Assembly: GCA_040905465.1 (NCBI GenBank)
Contig: JBBDRK010000056.1
Span: 53,253 to 93,867, forward strand
Direction of reading: 5' to 3'
Origin: Trueperaceae bacterium
GTDB taxonomy: Bacteria; Deinococcota; Deinococci; Deinococcales; Trueperaceae
Length of the DNA: 40,615 nucleotides
Of this stretch, positions 31,199-39,775 are shown piece after piece. Below the pieces are notes generated by a model that searched no databases, had not been told where the DNA came from, and was given only the letters and a program-made list of their open reading frames with translations. The first letter of the stretch is position 1. Each line of letters begins with the position of its first letter. The position numbers and the translations under genes were made by a program.

Positions 31199-31908
31199 GT
31201 TCGAACCAGGATGAACAGGTCGGTCACCAGACCGAGCGCCAGGTGAATGGCCACGACGTAGTACAACGAACGGGTTCGCAGGGCAACCAGACCGAAAAGA
31301 AGTCCGGCCGGGAACGCCGCCACGGTTTCCACCAGCGGTTTCCCCAGGTGCAGCAAGGTGGAAGCCAACGTCTGAATCCAGAGCGCCCCGTAGCGCCCGA
31401 ACGTCGGCTGCAGTCCACGGAGGAGGAACCCCCGGAAGAAGAACTCGTACGACAGGTAGTAGAGCGAGTAGATGACCGCCCAGGAGGCGAACGCCAGGAT
31501 GCCGCTACCTGCCCAGGCGCCGGGCCACGGGTAGGCGAGTCGGATCGCTGGGTCGCCCGAGGCGAACCAGCCGAGGGGAATCACCAGCAGCAAGCCCAGC
31601 AACAGCGCCTGCCGTCCCGCCGCCGGGTCCCCTCGGCGCAGGCCCAGGCGCTTCGGTAGCAGGCCGAGCGGTCGCGCCAGCAGGAGTGGCAACAGGCCGA
31701 GCAACAGCACGGCCCACAGGACCGAACGCAGGGCGTGCGCAGGGTCGCGCGGCGTCGCCGGACCGGGCGCCCCGAAGTACCAGTAGGCGATCTGCAGCAG
31801 CAAGGCCACTGCCAGCAAGGCGGAGCCGCTGCTCTTCGGCGGGAACATCCCGGCCAGATCCGTCGCCAGTCCGGTGAGAAGTCCCGGTGCCCGTGACTCT
31901 TGCCTCAC
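31195..31908 (-). CDS. CPBP (CAAX/Abi) intramembrane glutamic endopeptidase-like protein
   Basis: YEFFFRGFL, TLLHLGKP...E, AIHLALG; GTG overlaps the upstream TGA. Confidence 0.85.
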   Translation of the reverse strand: MRQESRAPGLLTGLATDLAGMFPPKSSGSALLAVALLLQIAYWYFGAPGPATPRDPAHALRSVLWAVLLLGLLPLLLARPLGLLPKRLGLRRGDPAAGRQALLLGLLLVIPLGWFASGDPAIRLAYPWPGAWAGSGILAFASWAVIYSLYYLSYEFFFRGFLLRGLQPTFGRYGALWIQTLASTLLHLGKPLVETVAAFPAGLLFGLVALRTRSLYYVVAIHLALGLVTDLFILVRT

Positions 31909-33014
31909 ATCGTCTTCTGATATAGCCGGTAGGTCTTGTAGAGCCGCCCGCCCGACGCCTCGATGCCACGAATCATTGCGTTGTTGGTCTCCAGTACCCA
32001 GGAACACTCGCCTTGCCGCAGGCCGCGCCTGGCACCGCGTTTGGCGATCTCGTCTATTAGCACCAGCTCCAGCCCGCGATTCCGGTACTCCGGCATGACG
32101 CCGAGAATAGGCAATCGGGCACGGTCTATCAGCCGGTTGCGGTTCAGCAGTTTCAGGATACCGAACGGCAGCAGGCGCCCGCGAAGTCCCAAGAGCACCT
32201 GGTTCACGTCTGGAACGGCGATGGCTATCGCCGCAATGTCCCCATCGATTTCGAGGAAGAGCGCCAGCTCCGGATCGAGGATCAGTTTCAATTCGTCGAC
32301 CAGATGATCGAACTCGGCATCTGTGTACTTCACGAAACCCCAGTTCCGCTCCCACGCCTCGTTGTACACCCGTTTTAGAATTCCCGCCTCCCGCTGCAGA
32401 CGCTTCATGTTTACCGGCCTGACCTCCAGCCGCTCGCGGCGCCTGACACGGTCGGCGAGCCGGCTGAGACGCTCGCTCGGACCCTGTTCGACGTTGAAGT
32501 GCCAGGCGTAGAGGTCCATGGCCTTGCCGTAGCCGGCCGATTCGACGAACGCAGGATATTCGGACGGATTCTGCGGCATCATCAGGTACGGCACCGTGTC
32601 GAAGGCGTCGATCTGAAAACCGGAGCCGTCGTTCATCGAAGGATTGGCGGGACCCCTGACGACATCCCGACCCAGTTGCCTGGCGCGCCCCTCCACCGTC
32701 GCCAGCAGTTCGTTGGCGACAGTCTGGTCCTCGGCTTCGAAGAATCCGAAGAACAGGAGGTTGTCGCCGTGGGTTCGGTTGTGGTTGTCGTCATCTATCG
32801 CCGCGATCCTGCCAACGAGTCGGCCCTCCCGGTAGGCGAGATAAAGGTCGATACGTGCGTGATGGAAAAACGGGTTGCGCTTGGGATCGAACTTCTCCCA
32901 CTCCGAAATCAGGAGGGGCGGGACCCACAGCGGGTCGGCCCGGTACTTCCGGTATGGATACTCGATGAAGCGGCGCAGATCACGCCGGCCGGTTACGTTC
33001 TCGATCCGAATCAT
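31905..33014 (-). CDS. GNAT N-acyltransferase, bacterial ceramide synthase (bCerS)/YghO-like
   Basis: FIEYPYRKYRADPLWVPPL...KRNPFF...GRIAAI...FFGFFE...GPANPS...YNEAWERNWGF...PDVNQ...GVMPEYRNRG...SWVLETN...YKTYRLY; immediately downstream of spt. Confidence 0.82.
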   Translation of the reverse strand: MIRIENVTGRRDLRRFIEYPYRKYRADPLWVPPLLISEWEKFDPKRNPFFHHARIDLYLAYREGRLVGRIAAIDDDNHNRTHGDNLLFFGFFEAEDQTVANELLATVEGRARQLGRDVVRGPANPSMNDGSGFQIDAFDTVPYLMMPQNPSEYPAFVESAGYGKAMDLYAWHFNVEQGPSERLSRLADRVRRRERLEVRPVNMKRLQREAGILKRVYNEAWERNWGFVKYTDAEFDHLVDELKLILDPELALFLEIDGDIAAIAIAVPDVNQVLLGLRGRLLPFGILKLLNRNRLIDRARLPILGVMPEYRNRGLELVLIDEIAKRGARRGLRQGECSWVLETNNAMIRGIEASGGRLYKTYRLYQKTM

Positions 33015-33052
33015 GCCGTCGGTCGTAACCGCAGGGATGGGAAACTGAGCAT
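33011..33052 (-). CDS. 13-aa uORF (MLSFPSLRLRPTA) translationally coupled to the bCerS-like gene
   Basis: SD GAGGAG (33060-33065) 7 nt before ATG; its TGA overlaps the bCerS ATG (ATGA). Confidence 0.5.
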   Translation of the reverse strand: MLSFPSLRLRPTA

Positions 33053-33109
33053 GGGGGCTCTCCTCGCACTCTCCGGCAGGGCGGCGCAGTTGTCACCCCG
33101 CCAGGAGGC

Positions 33110-34384
33110 CTAGCCGATTATGTCGAAGCGCCTTCCCACCACCTCGAAGGCGGCGAGCAGCGCATCGAGCTGCTCTATCGTGTGATTAGCGTTTACGCTC
33201 GTGCGAATTATCGCCTGACCGCTCGGTACCCCCGGCGGGAGCGCGGGCGTGGTGAAGATCCCTTCCTCCCACAGCCCTTTCCAGAAGAGCATGGTCAGGT
33301 CGTCGGGCCCAATGAGGACCGGCACGATGGGGGTCTCGGAACCGAGTGTGTCGAATCCCAGCGAGCGCAGTCCGCCGTGAAGACGTTCGACGTTGCGCCA
33401 CAACTTTATGCGGTGTTCGGGCTCATTCTCGATGATCTCGAGAGCCTTCAGAGCGGCAGCCATCTGCATCGCCGGCAGTGCAGCGGTAAAGATGAACGGG
33501 CGCGCCTTGTGCTTGACGTAGTTGACCACCTGACGAGGGCCCGCCAGGAAGCCGCCCACCGAGCCGAACGACTTAGAGAACGTTCCGACTATCAGGTCGA
33601 TCTGATCGTCGAGACCAAAATACTCCGCGCTGCCGCGACCGCTCGCGCCGAGGACTCCGGTGGCGTGGGCGTCGTCGACGATTACCCGGGCGCCGAAACG
33701 GCGCGCGATCTTCACGATTTCCGGCAGGCGAGCAACGTGCCCGCTCATCGAAAAGACCCCGTCGGTGACGATCAGCCGGCCCCCGGGCCGATCGCTGTCT
33801 TTGGCCAAAAGCCGTTCGAGGTGCGCCAGATCGTTGTGCTCGTACTTGCGCAGGGTTCCGAACGCAAGCCGGGCACCGTCGTAGAGGCACGCATGGTTCT
33901 CACGGTCGAAATAGAGGATGTCGTGTCGCCCGGTGAGCGCGCTGATGACCGAAAGGCAGCCCAGGTAACCGGCGCTGAACGTCAAAGCGGCTTCCTTGCG
34001 AAGGAATGAAGCCAGCCGTTCTTCGAGCAGTTCGTGGAGCGTAAGCGTTCCGGTAAGGAATCTCGAGCCGGTGCAACTGGTGCCGAAGTCGTCGAGCGCG
34101 TTCCTGGCCGCCTCTTTCAAGCGCTGATCCTGAGTGAGACCCAGGTAGTCGTTGGAACCGGTGATGACCATGTCCCTGCCGTTGACCGTGACGGTGCCGC
34201 CGTGCTGCCTCGCTATCGGCTTGAAATACGGGTGCATCCCCGCTGCGACCGCCTCGTCCGCCCGAGTGAAGGCGAATGCCTTGTCGAACACGTCGGTCAC
34301 CCGGCTGGACGGAGAGTCGAGCACCCCGGTGCTGCTCTCGAGACGATTCTGGTGCTTCTGAGTGGGGTTGGATTGTTCGGACAA
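33110..34384 (-). CDS. spt: Serine palmitoyltransferase-like alpha-oxoamine synthase
   Basis: HPYFKPI, GSNDYLGLT, GTSCTGSRFLTGTL, DRENHAC, DGVFSMSG, DDAH, PLP-lysine motif GTFSKSFG; SD GGAGG before TTG. Confidence 0.83.
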   Translation of the reverse strand: MSEQSNPTQKHQNRLESSTGVLDSPSSRVTDVFDKAFAFTRADEAVAAGMHPYFKPIARQHGGTVTVNGRDMVITGSNDYLGLTQDQRLKEAARNALDDFGTSCTGSRFLTGTLTLHELLEERLASFLRKEAALTFSAGYLGCLSVISALTGRHDILYFDRENHACLYDGARLAFGTLRKYEHNDLAHLERLLAKDSDRPGGRLIVTDGVFSMSGHVARLPEIVKIARRFGARVIVDDAHATGVLGASGRGSAEYFGLDDQIDLIVGTFSKSFGSVGGFLAGPRQVVNYVKHKARPFIFTAALPAMQMAAALKALEIIENEPEHRIKLWRNVERLHGGLRSLGFDTLGSETPIVPVLIGPDDLTMLFWKGLWEEGIFTTPALPPGVPSGQAIIRTSVNANHTIEQLDALLAAFEVVGRRFDIIG

Positions 34385-34423
34385 AAGACCCTCCGTGCGG
34401 GCGTGGCACGACGCAACGCGGTT

Positions 34424-34432
34424 ACTATAGCA
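34424..34432 (-). promoter_or_regulatory. Extended -10 (TGcTATAGT) for the spt operon
   Basis: About 40 nt upstream of the spt start, in the divergent gap. Confidence 0.55.
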
Positions 34433-34593
34433 CGCGTCTTCCGCTTCCCCGTATGCGGAACTTCGCCGCTTCCCACGGGCATCCGGGCGTCTCGACGAAC
34501 GGTTCGGCGGTCGACGTCGTGAGGGGTCCCCGGCCGGTGCCGGCCGTCGACCGACTGTGACCGGGGGCAGGCGTTCGAGTCGGCACCGCCCGG

Positions 34594-34599
34594 TATAAT
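34594..34599 (+). promoter_or_regulatory. -10 TATAAT, leaderless promoter
   Basis: 6 nt before GTG 34606. Confidence 0.65.
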
Positions 34600-34605
34600 G
34601 AAGCC

Positions 34606-35163
34606 GTGAGCACTCAACGTGATGGGGGTGAGGGCGCCCAGCTGACGTCGCTTGGCGCGGCCACGCGTCCCGCCGACGTACGTGACGCCCCCCTGGTACA
34701 TGCCATCTACCTGGAGACTCCGGGTTACTTCGACATCATTTCGATACCGGTTCCCACTTTGGCCGAGGTCGAGACCGAGTTACAGACGGCCGGCCGCGAC
34801 GCGCGGCGCCAGGTCGAACTCGTGTTCGCGCCGGCCGATCTGCCGCTCGCCGGCTGGCACCTCCGTGACCCGCATCAGGGGCGGCCGGTAGTCGGCTACC
34901 TGGACTACAAACTGGACTATCCGGAGGCCGGCGACGCCACCGTCAATCTTATGCTGGTACATGGTGGCCTTCAGAGCAAGGGCGTCGGTAAGTCGTGCGC
35001 AGCCGATCTGGAGGTTCGGCTGAGGCAAAGGGGTACGGTCCGGCGGGTACTGGCCAGCATTTATGGGCAGAATCCGCGCGCGGAACGGTTCTGGCGATCG
35101 CTGGGCTACAGATTCGCCATCGACGCCAAGCCGATTCTGGACTGGTACGCCAAGGAGCTCTGA
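34606..35163 (+). CDS. GNAT family acetyltransferase
   Basis: VNLMLVHGGLQSKGVGK...NPRAERFWRSLGY. Confidence 0.85.
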   Translation: MSTQRDGGEGAQLTSLGAATRPADVRDAPLVHAIYLETPGYFDIISIPVPTLAEVETELQTAGRDARRQVELVFAPADLPLAGWHLRDPHQGRPVVGYLDYKLDYPEAGDATVNLMLVHGGLQSKGVGKSCAADLEVRLRQRGTVRRVLASIYGQNPRAERFWRSLGYRFAIDAKPILDWYAKEL

Positions 35164-35309
35164 GCGCTTCCGTTGCGTCGGTGGGCCCTCACCGCCCGCC
35201 CGGCGGCGTTCCGTGGCACCAATTGAGGGTGGTACGCTATCCTGCGGCAGAATGGTTGCAGACGCAGGAACCTGGCCTGCGAGCTGTTCTGAGTCATCGG
35301 AGGCAGGTA

Positions 35310-35867
35310 ATGATCAGTGTCACGGACCTACGAAATGGTACGAAGGTCGAAGTTGACGGGGCGCTCTGGGAGTGCCTCGAGTACCAGCACCAGAAGATCG
35401 GGCGCGGCGGCGCCAAGGTGGTTGCCAAGTTTCGCAATCTCGACACCGGTTCGATCGTCGAACGCACGTTCAACTCGGGTGAGAAGTTGCAGGACATTTT
35501 CATCGATTACCGAACGATGCAGTACCTCTTCAGCGACGGCGAGACGTACACCTTCATGGACACCGAGACTTACGAGCAGCCGATTCTGTCCAGGAAGCAG
35601 ATAGGCGACGGAGCTCGTTACCTCAAGGAGAACCTCGAGGTAACGGTCGACTACTTCCAGGGACGCCCGCTCAAGGTCACCCTTCCAAACGTTGTCGAGC
35701 TGAAGATCGTGGAAACCGATCCGGGCATGAAGGGCGACACGGTTTCCGGTGGATCCAAACCGGCAAGGCTGGAGTCGGGAACGAGTGTTCAGGTGCCCCT
35801 GTTCATCGACCAGGGCGAGAGCATTCGCGTGGACACCCGCACCGGCGAATACCTGGGACGGGCCTAG
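35310..35867 (+). CDS. efp: Elongation factor P
   Basis: MISVTDLRNGTKV, HQKIGRGGA, YLFSDG, KGDTVSGGSKPA, VPLFI, DTRTGEYLGRA. Confidence 0.97.
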   Translation: MISVTDLRNGTKVEVDGALWECLEYQHQKIGRGGAKVVAKFRNLDTGSIVERTFNSGEKLQDIFIDYRTMQYLFSDGETYTFMDTETYEQPILSRKQIGDGARYLKENLEVTVDYFQGRPLKVTLPNVVELKIVETDPGMKGDTVSGGSKPARLESGTSVQVPLFIDQGESIRVDTRTGEYLGRA

Positions 35868-36356
35868 ATGGACGTCAAGGAGATAAGGAAGCTGCTCGAC
35901 GCGCTGGCCAGTACCGACGTCAACGAGCTCACGCTGGAGACCGGCGAATACAAGCTGACGGTTCGCCGCGGCAGCGATGGGGCCGTGTACGCACAGCACC
36001 CGCAAACCGCCGTTCAGCAAGGCCCGGTCCAGCAGCCGCAGCCGGCCGCCCCGGCGCCGTCGACCCCCGAGCCCTCGGCGCCTCGCAGCCAGCCTTCGGC
36101 CGATACCTCAGCGCACCTGACAGAGGTGAACGCACCGATCGTCGGGACTTTCTACGCGGCGCCGTCGCCAGATGCCGACGACTACGTGAAAGTCGGCGAC
36201 AGGGTCGAGCGCGGCGCCGTTCTCTGCATCATCGAGGCTATGAAGCTCATGAACGAGATCGAGGCGGAGACCGCCGGAGTAATCAAGGAGATCCTGGTGC
36301 GCAACGAGGAGCCTGTCGAGTACGGCCAGGTCCTCTTCCGTATCGATCCTCGGTAG
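35868..36356 (+). CDS. accB: Acetyl-CoA carboxylase biotin carboxyl carrier protein
   Basis: APIVGTFYAAPSP, IIEAMKLMNEIEAE. Confidence 0.97.
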   Translation: MDVKEIRKLLDALASTDVNELTLETGEYKLTVRRGSDGAVYAQHPQTAVQQGPVQQPQPAAPAPSTPEPSAPRSQPSADTSAHLTEVNAPIVGTFYAAPSPDADDYVKVGDRVERGAVLCIIEAMKLMNEIEAETAGVIKEILVRNEEPVEYGQVLFRIDPR

Positions 36357-36368
36357 TCGGCGACAGCC

Positions 36369-37706
36369 ATGTTCAAGAAGATCCTCATCGCCAATCGGGG
36401 CGAAATCGCCCTCCGCGTACTGCGGGCCGCCCGGGAACTCGGTATCCAGACCGTCGTAGCCTATTCCGACGTGGACGAGGCGTCGCTGCCGGTACTTCTG
36501 GCGGACGAGTCTATCTGCATCGGACCGGGTCCGGCCTCGAGGTCGTATCTGAACGTTCGCAACCTGCTCTCGGCCGCGATAGTCACCGGCGCCGAGGCGA
36601 TTCATCCGGGCTACGGATTTCTGGCAGAGAATGCCGAGTTCGCGCAAAAGTGCGAGGAACACAACCTGGTTTTCATCGGGCCGCGGCCGGGCAACATCAG
36701 CCTGATCGGCGACAAGGCCAGCGCCAGGCGGCTGGCGGCCGAGGCCGGTGTGCCGCTCACACCCGGCTCCGATGCGCTGGACGGTGTCGAACGCGCCAAG
36801 GCGGTGGCCGACGAGATCGGTTATCCGGTAATCCTCAAGGCTTCCGCCGGAGGTGGAGGAAAGGGGATGCGTGTCGTCCAGACGCCTGACGTGTTGCAGC
36901 GGAACTTCGTGGCGGCGCAGGAGGAGGCGCGTGCCGCATTCGGTAACTCTGAGATGTACATGGAGAAGTACCTCGAGGAACCGCGCCACGTGGAGATTCA
37001 GGTCTTCGGCGACGGGGAGGGGAACATTGTGCACTTCTTCGACCGGGACTGCTCGATCCAGCGCCGCTACCAGAAGGTGCTGGAGGAGGCGCCCTCTCTT
37101 CTCGACCCGGACCTGCGCATCGCGATCGCCGAGTCGGCGGTCCGCCTGGCACGGCACATCGACTACCGGGGAGCGGGCACATGCGAGTTCCTGGTCGACC
37201 GCGAGGGGAACTACTTCTTTTCGGAGATGAATACGCGTATCCAGGTAGAGCACCCGGTCACCGAGATGATCACCCGGTTCGACCTGGTGCAGGAGCAGTT
37301 CAGGGTCGCCGCCGGAGAGGGACTCAGCGTGACGCAGGAGCAGGTGGTCGTCGAAGGGCACTCGATCGAGGTCCGGATCAACGCCGAAGATCCGGAACAC
37401 GATTTCCGGCCTGCCGCGGGGACGGTAACCGACGTGCACTGGCCGGGCGGGCCAGGCATCCGGGTGGACTCGCACGTGTATGCCGGCTACCGCATCCCGC
37501 CGAACTACGACAGTCTGATCGCCAAGATAATAGCCTGGGCCCCGACGCGGATGGAGGCGATCAGCCGCATGCAGCGGGCGTTGCGGGAGACCGTGATCGA
37601 GGGGATCAAGACTACGATACCGTTCCATCTGCGGGTGTTGGACAATGCCTTCTACCGGCGCGGGGCCGTCTACACCGACTTCATCGCGCGGAGGATGAAT
37701 GAGTGA
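36369..37706 (+). CDS. accC: Biotin carboxylase
   Basis: KILIANRGEIA, IHPGYGFLAEN, GGGGKGMR, EMNTRIQVEHPVTE, YDSLIAK. Confidence 0.97.
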   Translation: MFKKILIANRGEIALRVLRAARELGIQTVVAYSDVDEASLPVLLADESICIGPGPASRSYLNVRNLLSAAIVTGAEAIHPGYGFLAENAEFAQKCEEHNLVFIGPRPGNISLIGDKASARRLAAEAGVPLTPGSDALDGVERAKAVADEIGYPVILKASAGGGGKGMRVVQTPDVLQRNFVAAQEEARAAFGNSEMYMEKYLEEPRHVEIQVFGDGEGNIVHFFDRDCSIQRRYQKVLEEAPSLLDPDLRIAIAESAVRLARHIDYRGAGTCEFLVDREGNYFFSEMNTRIQVEHPVTEMITRFDLVQEQFRVAAGEGLSVTQEQVVVEGHSIEVRINAEDPEHDFRPAAGTVTDVHWPGGPGIRVDSHVYAGYRIPPNYDSLIAKIIAWAPTRMEAISRMQRALRETVIEGIKTTIPFHLRVLDNAFYRRGAVYTDFIARRMNE

Positions 37707-38043
37707 GAATCGAGACCTGGCCATTTCGCCGGATGTCCTCTACGGTATCGCTCAGCTGGCGCTCGAGGATATCGAAGGCTTGACGCCCGCCACCCCGCCC
37801 GCGCGTGTCGGCGAGATTCTGAGCGGACGCCGGGCCAAGGGAATTCGGGTGGAGCGTGCAGGCGACGTCGTGAGGGTCATGCTCAACGTCAGCGTCACCT
37901 ACGGCAAGCCGATTCCGGAGGTGGCGGTTCGGGCGCAGAAGGCGGTCAGGGAGGCGGTCGCGTCGATGACCGGCCTCGAGGTGGAGACCGTGGAAGTCCA
38001 TGTCGACGCCATCGACCTGCCGGCGGAGTTGCCGGGTGGCTAG
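37699..38043 (+). CDS. Asp23/Gls24 family protein (YqhY-like)
   Basis: ISPDVLYGIA...VSVTYGKPIPEVA...VASMTGLEV; conserved accC-asp23-nusB order. Confidence 0.9.
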   Translation: MSENRDLAISPDVLYGIAQLALEDIEGLTPATPPARVGEILSGRRAKGIRVERAGDVVRVMLNVSVTYGKPIPEVAVRAQKAVREAVASMTGLEVETVEVHVDAIDLPAELPGG

Positions 38044-38491
38044 ACGAAGGGCGCGCGAGCTGGCTTTTCGAACGCTCTTCCAGGCGGAGCGCGGCGGAAC
38101 GCCGGTTCTGGACGTGTGGCGCCAGGTACGGCAGGACGTCTCCGAGTCAGACGAGGAGGACGACGCCTATGGCGATTCGCTAGACCGGGAAGGGCTGGCG
38201 TTCGCAGAGCGGTTGGTTCGGTCCTATCACGAGCACGGTGAGGAGATCGACGGCCGGTTGCGGGCGGTGGTAGAGGGTTGGAGCTTCGGTCAGATGAACC
38301 AGACCGATCTCAACGTGCTGCGGCTGGCGGCGACCGAGATGCTGTACGAGGCGGGTGTTCCCGGCAAGGTGACCATCGAGATGGCGGTACGAACTGCCAA
38401 GAAGTTCGGCGGCGAGGAGTCCGGTCGCTTCGTGAACGGTGTTCTGGCCAAGCTCTACCGGGAGCTCGGAGCCGCCGAGGCGGGCGGTTGA
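38036..38491 (+). CDS. nusB: Transcription antitermination factor NusB
   Basis: RRRARELAFRTLF, DLNVLRLA, AKKFGGEESGRFVNGVL. Confidence 0.95.
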   Translation: MARRRARELAFRTLFQAERGGTPVLDVWRQVRQDVSESDEEDDAYGDSLDREGLAFAERLVRSYHEHGEEIDGRLRAVVEGWSFGQMNQTDLNVLRLAATEMLYEAGVPGKVTIEMAVRTAKKFGGEESGRFVNGVLAKLYRELGAAEAGG

Positions 38492-39339
38492 CGGTGGCTG
38501 CCACCGTTCTGGACGGGCGTGGGGCCGCTCGTGCGCTGACCGCGGAGGTTTTCGGGCAGATCAGCGAACTGAGTTATACGCCGCGACTGGTGTTCATACG
38601 GGCAGGGGACGACCCGGCGAGTGGCGCCTACGTCCGTTCCAAATCGCGAATGGCCGAGCGTGCCGGAATCCGGGCCGAGACCAGGCTCCTGGACAGCGGG
38701 ACCGAACAGGTCGAGCTGATGAGGCTGATCTCCGAACTGAACGATGATCGGGACGTCGACGGCATCCTGGTCCAGTTGCCGTTGTACCCCCATCTGGACA
38801 GCCGGCCGGTACTGGCCGCGGTCGATCCGGCGAAGGATGTCGACGGGTTCAATCCGATAAACGTCGGTCGCTTGTGGTCCGGCGAACCGGGGTTGTTCCC
38901 GGCCACGCCGATGGGACTGATCCGGCTCCTCGATCATTACCGGATTCCCATCACCGGCCGTCATGTGGTCATCGTCGGGCGGTCCAATCTGGTCGGCAAA
39001 CCGGCGGCCGGCCTGTTTCTCCGGCGCGACGCTACTGTCAGCCTGGCGCATTCGCGTACCCGCGATCTGACCTCGCTCACCGCGGCAGCCGACATTGTGG
39101 TTGCCGCGGCGGGCGTGCCGGCGATGATCACGGCCTCGATGGTGAAACCGGGAGCGGTGGTGCTGGATGTCGGGCAATCGCCGGTCGACGGCACGTTGCG
39201 AGGAGACGTCGCCCCGGACGTTGCGGACGTGGCGTCTGCACTCACGCCGACCCCGGGCGGTACCGGACCGATGACGGTAGCCATGGTCATCGCCAATACC
39301 TTGAGCGCTGCCCGGTCGCGGCGGTCCACAGATGGCTGA
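38488..39339 (+). CDS. folD: Methylenetetrahydrofolate dehydrogenase/cyclohydrolase
   Basis: DPASGAYV, DGILVQLPL, KDVDGF, GRSNLVGKP, TPTPGGTGPMT. Confidence 0.96.
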   Translation: MTVAATVLDGRGAARALTAEVFGQISELSYTPRLVFIRAGDDPASGAYVRSKSRMAERAGIRAETRLLDSGTEQVELMRLISELNDDRDVDGILVQLPLYPHLDSRPVLAAVDPAKDVDGFNPINVGRLWSGEPGLFPATPMGLIRLLDHYRIPITGRHVVIVGRSNLVGKPAAGLFLRRDATVSLAHSRTRDLTSLTAAADIVVAAAGVPAMITASMVKPGAVVLDVGQSPVDGTLRGDVAPDVADVASALTPTPGGTGPMTVAMVIANTLSAARSRRSTDG

Positions 39340-39775
39340 ACTGCTTCTGAACACGCCGCTCATGGCGGCCATGCTGGCAACCGTGATGGCGCAGACGCTA
39401 AAGGTGCTGCTGGTTCTGGTCACGGAGCGGAGGATGGCGTTCGTCCGGCTTTTGGAGACGGGCGGGATGCCTTCCTCGCACTCCGCCGCCGTGGCCGCGC
39501 TCGCCACCAGCACCGGGATAATCTACGGTTGGTCGAGCCCGTACTTCGCGCTGGCCGCTGTTTTCGGTTCGATCGTAATGTACGACGCTACCGGAATCCG
39601 CCGCGCCGCGGGCATGCAGGCCGAGATGATAAACGATCTAGTGAACGAACTCGCTCACCTTTTCGACGAAGGTTTTCAGCCGCAGGCACTCAAGACGCTG
39701 CTCGGGCACACCTACCCGCAGGTGTTGGTGGGTGCGCTTCTGGGGATCACCAGCGGCGTTGCCGTCAGCTTCTGA
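39332..39775 (+). CDS. Divergent PAP2 family protein (DUF212)
   Basis: ETGGMPSSHSA, VMYDATGIRRAAG, LLGHTYPQV. Confidence 0.93.
   Translation: MAELLLNTPLMAAMLATVMAQTLKVLLVLVTERRMAFVRLLETGGMPSSHSAAVAALATSTGIIYGWSSPYFALAAVFGSIVMYDATGIRRAAGMQAEMINDLVNELAHLFDEGFQPQALKTLLGHTYPQVLVGALLGITSGVAVSF

Noticed and set aside
33110-34384. Calling the AOS enzyme BioF or Kbl
   Set aside because: Motifs (PYF, GSRFLxGT, GTFSKS) and the bCerS/GT neighbours fit Spt better, and no bio or tdh genes are nearby. Not excluded without a phylogeny.
35310-35867. EF-P with Arg at the loop tip (KIGRGG) as a rhamnosylation/EarP signal
   Set aside because: Matches the ordinary Thermus/Deinococcus-type loop; no earP in the window.
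35868-37706. accBC as part of the sphingolipid system
   Set aside because: They lie in the widely conserved efp-accB-accC-asp23-nusB-folD block on the opposite strand; proximity may be incidental.
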